From a virus (Duplodnaviria > Caudoviricetes), in the IMG/VR virus record IMGVR_UViG_3300005662_008223, positions 1 to 37,368 of that record: a stretch of DNA of 37,368 nt, one strand, 5' to 3'. The position numbers were made by a program, and so were the translations under genes. Shown piece after piece: positions 35,718 through 37,368 of this stretch. The number at the start of each line of letters is the position of its first letter. Position 1 is the first letter of the stretch. Below the pieces are notes generated by a model. That model made no database searches and was not told the origin of the DNA. It worked only from the letters and a program-made list of their open reading frames with translations.

Positions 35718-36422
35718 CTATGTAGCACAAGTAATACTTACATCAAACGAAGAAATTCCTCCTGTTGCATCTTCTAGAAGTATTCTGTCATTACATAAAA
35801 CCGAATCAGTTATGCTAAATCCAGGAGTTCCACTTTCTACTGCTAAATAGCAACCAGGAACTTCAAACACGGAATAGAATTCCACAGAGTACGCAAATGT
35901 ACTTGGAGTAGAAAGAGACACCATTTCGTTCTGGAAAAACGTTTTTGTGCTATCTAAATCTAAAAACATATGCATCAGATTTAATTGTAAATAACTTATA
36001 GCTGTATCTTTATCAATTCTCATACATACACTTGTAAGAATAGGAGATGATGTTGTAAGACCTATTATGTTTTCAAAGCAAACATCAACATCGACATCAA
36101 CATTAAACGATGCTGCAATTGAATATTCCACTGCAGTGGGACATGAAGAGTAATACGCTGTAACAATTAATTTATTAATTTCAATTGTTGGAGTTGGAGT
36201 TGGCTTTGGTCCTCCAGTATCTTGTCCTAAACACTCGACTAGTATTGGTTGGCCGTCCGTCAGAAGAATGGGTTGTTCGTCTTCTTCGTCTAAAAGACTG
36301 CAGTAATACCCCAAAATAATTTCCGGCTTTGGGCAAGGCTTTTCCCACAAAAATCCCAAACCGTTATTTCCTTTTGGCTGTGCTGCATCCGGAAGTAAAT
36401 TTTTAATTAGACATTTCGTCAT
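35718..36422 (-). CDS. Cys-rich hypothetical structural protein
   Basis: 234-aa ORF with 10 Cys, PTPTPT linker and ILLTDG/ILLED motifs; upstream of the fibre gene. Confidence 0.65.
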   Translation of the reverse strand: MTKCLIKNLLPDAAQPKGNNGLGFLWEKPCPKPEIILGYYCSLLDEEDEQPILLTDGQPILVECLGQDTGGPKPTPTPTIEINKLIVTAYYSSCPTAVEYSIAASFNVDVDVDVCFENIIGLTTSSPILTSVCMRIDKDTAISYLQLNLMHMFLDLDSTKTFFQNEMVSLSTPSTFAYSVEFYSVFEVPGCYLAVESGTPGFSITDSVLCNDRILLEDATGGISSFDVSITCAT

Positions 36423-36469
36423 ATAATTTGATATATTTCTTAATTATCAAAAAAATTACAAAATGAAAG

Positions 36470-36497
36470 TTGATTAACATATAAACTTTAATAGAAT
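36470..36497 (+). promoter_or_regulatory. Sigma70-like promoter
   Basis: TTGATT (36470-36475), 16-nt spacer, TAGAAT (36492-36497), 7 nt before ATG 36505. Confidence 0.4.
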
Positions 36498-36504
36498 TAA
36501 AATC

Positions 36505-36723
36505 ATGAAACAAATTTTTTACGATTGTGGACATACTGTATTGGTAACCCCTTGTGAGGGAATAACAATGTCACAAGAGGACGGAAAGGTAATAAAAACG
36601 ATGGTGGAATGTGTGGAAATTGAAATACATTATGATAAAAATCCAGATATTACTTTAGCTTTAAGCAAACAATCTGCTCTCAGTCTTGCTTCTCAAATTA
36701 CAAAGATTTTTACAACTAATTAA
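36505..36723 (+). CDS. Hypothetical small protein
   Basis: 72-aa lone plus-strand ORF filling the gap, with a candidate promoter. Confidence 0.6.
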   Translation: MKQIFYDCGHTVLVTPCEGITMSQEDGKVIKTMVECVEIEIHYDKNPDITLALSKQSALSLASQITKIFTTN

Positions 36724-37192
36724 AAGCTTCCCAAAGAAGATCTGTAGGACTTTTTTCAGTAGAAACAGGTATCGGTTCACTTAACGATCCGTAATCTCCA
36801 TATGGATCACTTGTATTTTGGGAAAACGATGTAGGAGTAAATTCTATTCCAGTAGAATTATTAGATGTTGGAAGGGTTTTTTTTATTCGCTCTATTAGTA
36901 ATTCTAATAATTGCTTATATGCTATGTCTTTTTGAGCTGCCTCTACAAAATCTATAATGTCTTGTTTTTGAAATTTGCCTTTAAGTGCAACGAAGACGTT
37001 TGGATAATGTTCTACAACTACAAACGGTAGATATTTATGAGCAATTTTTGCACAATCTTTTATAACATGATAAGCTGCTTGGTTTTGAATGGTTATACCA
37101 ATTGTTGGATTTTCACTTGCTTTTTTTGATGGCTGAAACAGTTTTGCTTCTTTTAATTGACTGTTTGTAATTAAAATTTCAATAAATTTCAT
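36716..37192 (-). CDS. Hypothetical protein
   Basis: 158-aa ORF; no family recognised. Confidence 0.7.
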   Translation of the reverse strand: MKFIEILITNSQLKEAKLFQPSKKASENPTIGITIQNQAAYHVIKDCAKIAHKYLPFVVVEHYPNVFVALKGKFQKQDIIDFVEAAQKDIAYKQLLELLIERIKKTLPTSNNSTGIEFTPTSFSQNTSDPYGDYGSLSEPIPVSTEKSPTDLLWEAFN

Positions 37193-37200
37193 TTGTATGT

Positions 37201-37368
37201 TTAAAATAAAAGTTCGTTAAGTTGTTCTTCTTGAAATTCTTTAAATGCACGCTTTACTTTGTTGTTAAAGGCTTTGACTTTTTGATCAATAGTATCAAAA
37301 TTTTTTTTGATTTTAATAATTTGCTCATCGTCTAAATCAAAAATTTGATCTAATGATTGATATTCGAT
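37201..37368 (-). CDS. Hypothetical protein, C-terminal fragment (starts outside the window)
   Basis: Open frame IEYQSLDQIFDLDDEQIIKIKK...EEQLNELLF ending at TAA 37201-37203. Confidence 0.6.
   Translation of the reverse strand: MEYQSLDQIFDLDDEQIIKIKKNFDTIDQKVKAFNNKVKRAFKEFQEEQLNELLF

Noticed and set aside
1-37368. Stop-codon reassignment, tRNA genes, CRISPR array
   Set aside because: Genes are intact in the standard code and end in TAA, TAG and TGA; intergenic gaps are short and show no cloverleaf or repeat-spacer pattern.

Overview
AT-rich, gene-dense 37.4-kb segment of a large, divergent T4-like (contractile-tail) bacteriophage genome, read in the standard genetic code. Minus-strand late/structural blocks encode baseplate proteins (gp25, gp6, a gp7-like protein with PKD and beta-propeller domains, gp53-, gp27-, gp48-, gp54- and gp26/gp51-like proteins, a tape-measure-like protein), a gp16-like small terminase, an S74-chaperone tail fibre and five consecutive fibre/adhesin genes sharing an N-terminal ECIG(D/N)SLxxINxNFxxL anchor. 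Plus-strand islands encode a class Id-type ribonucleotide reductase (nrdB, nrdA), Hsp20, a dUTPase/dCTP-deaminase-family enzyme, a DfrB(R67)-like SH3 miniprotein and a clamp-loader subunit. The most unusual non-coding signal is at hsp20: the gene is bracketed by a perfect 15-bp inverted repeat that begins at the predicted transcript start and ends just before a U-tract, and its 5' UTR carries a ROSE-type RNA-thermometer hairpin. Many genes have a TAA(A/G)TA box only 4-7 nt before the start codon, suggesting leaderless late mRNAs. All protein assignments come from motif recognition by eye; no database search was run. No tRNA, rRNA, CRISPR array or mobile element was seen.
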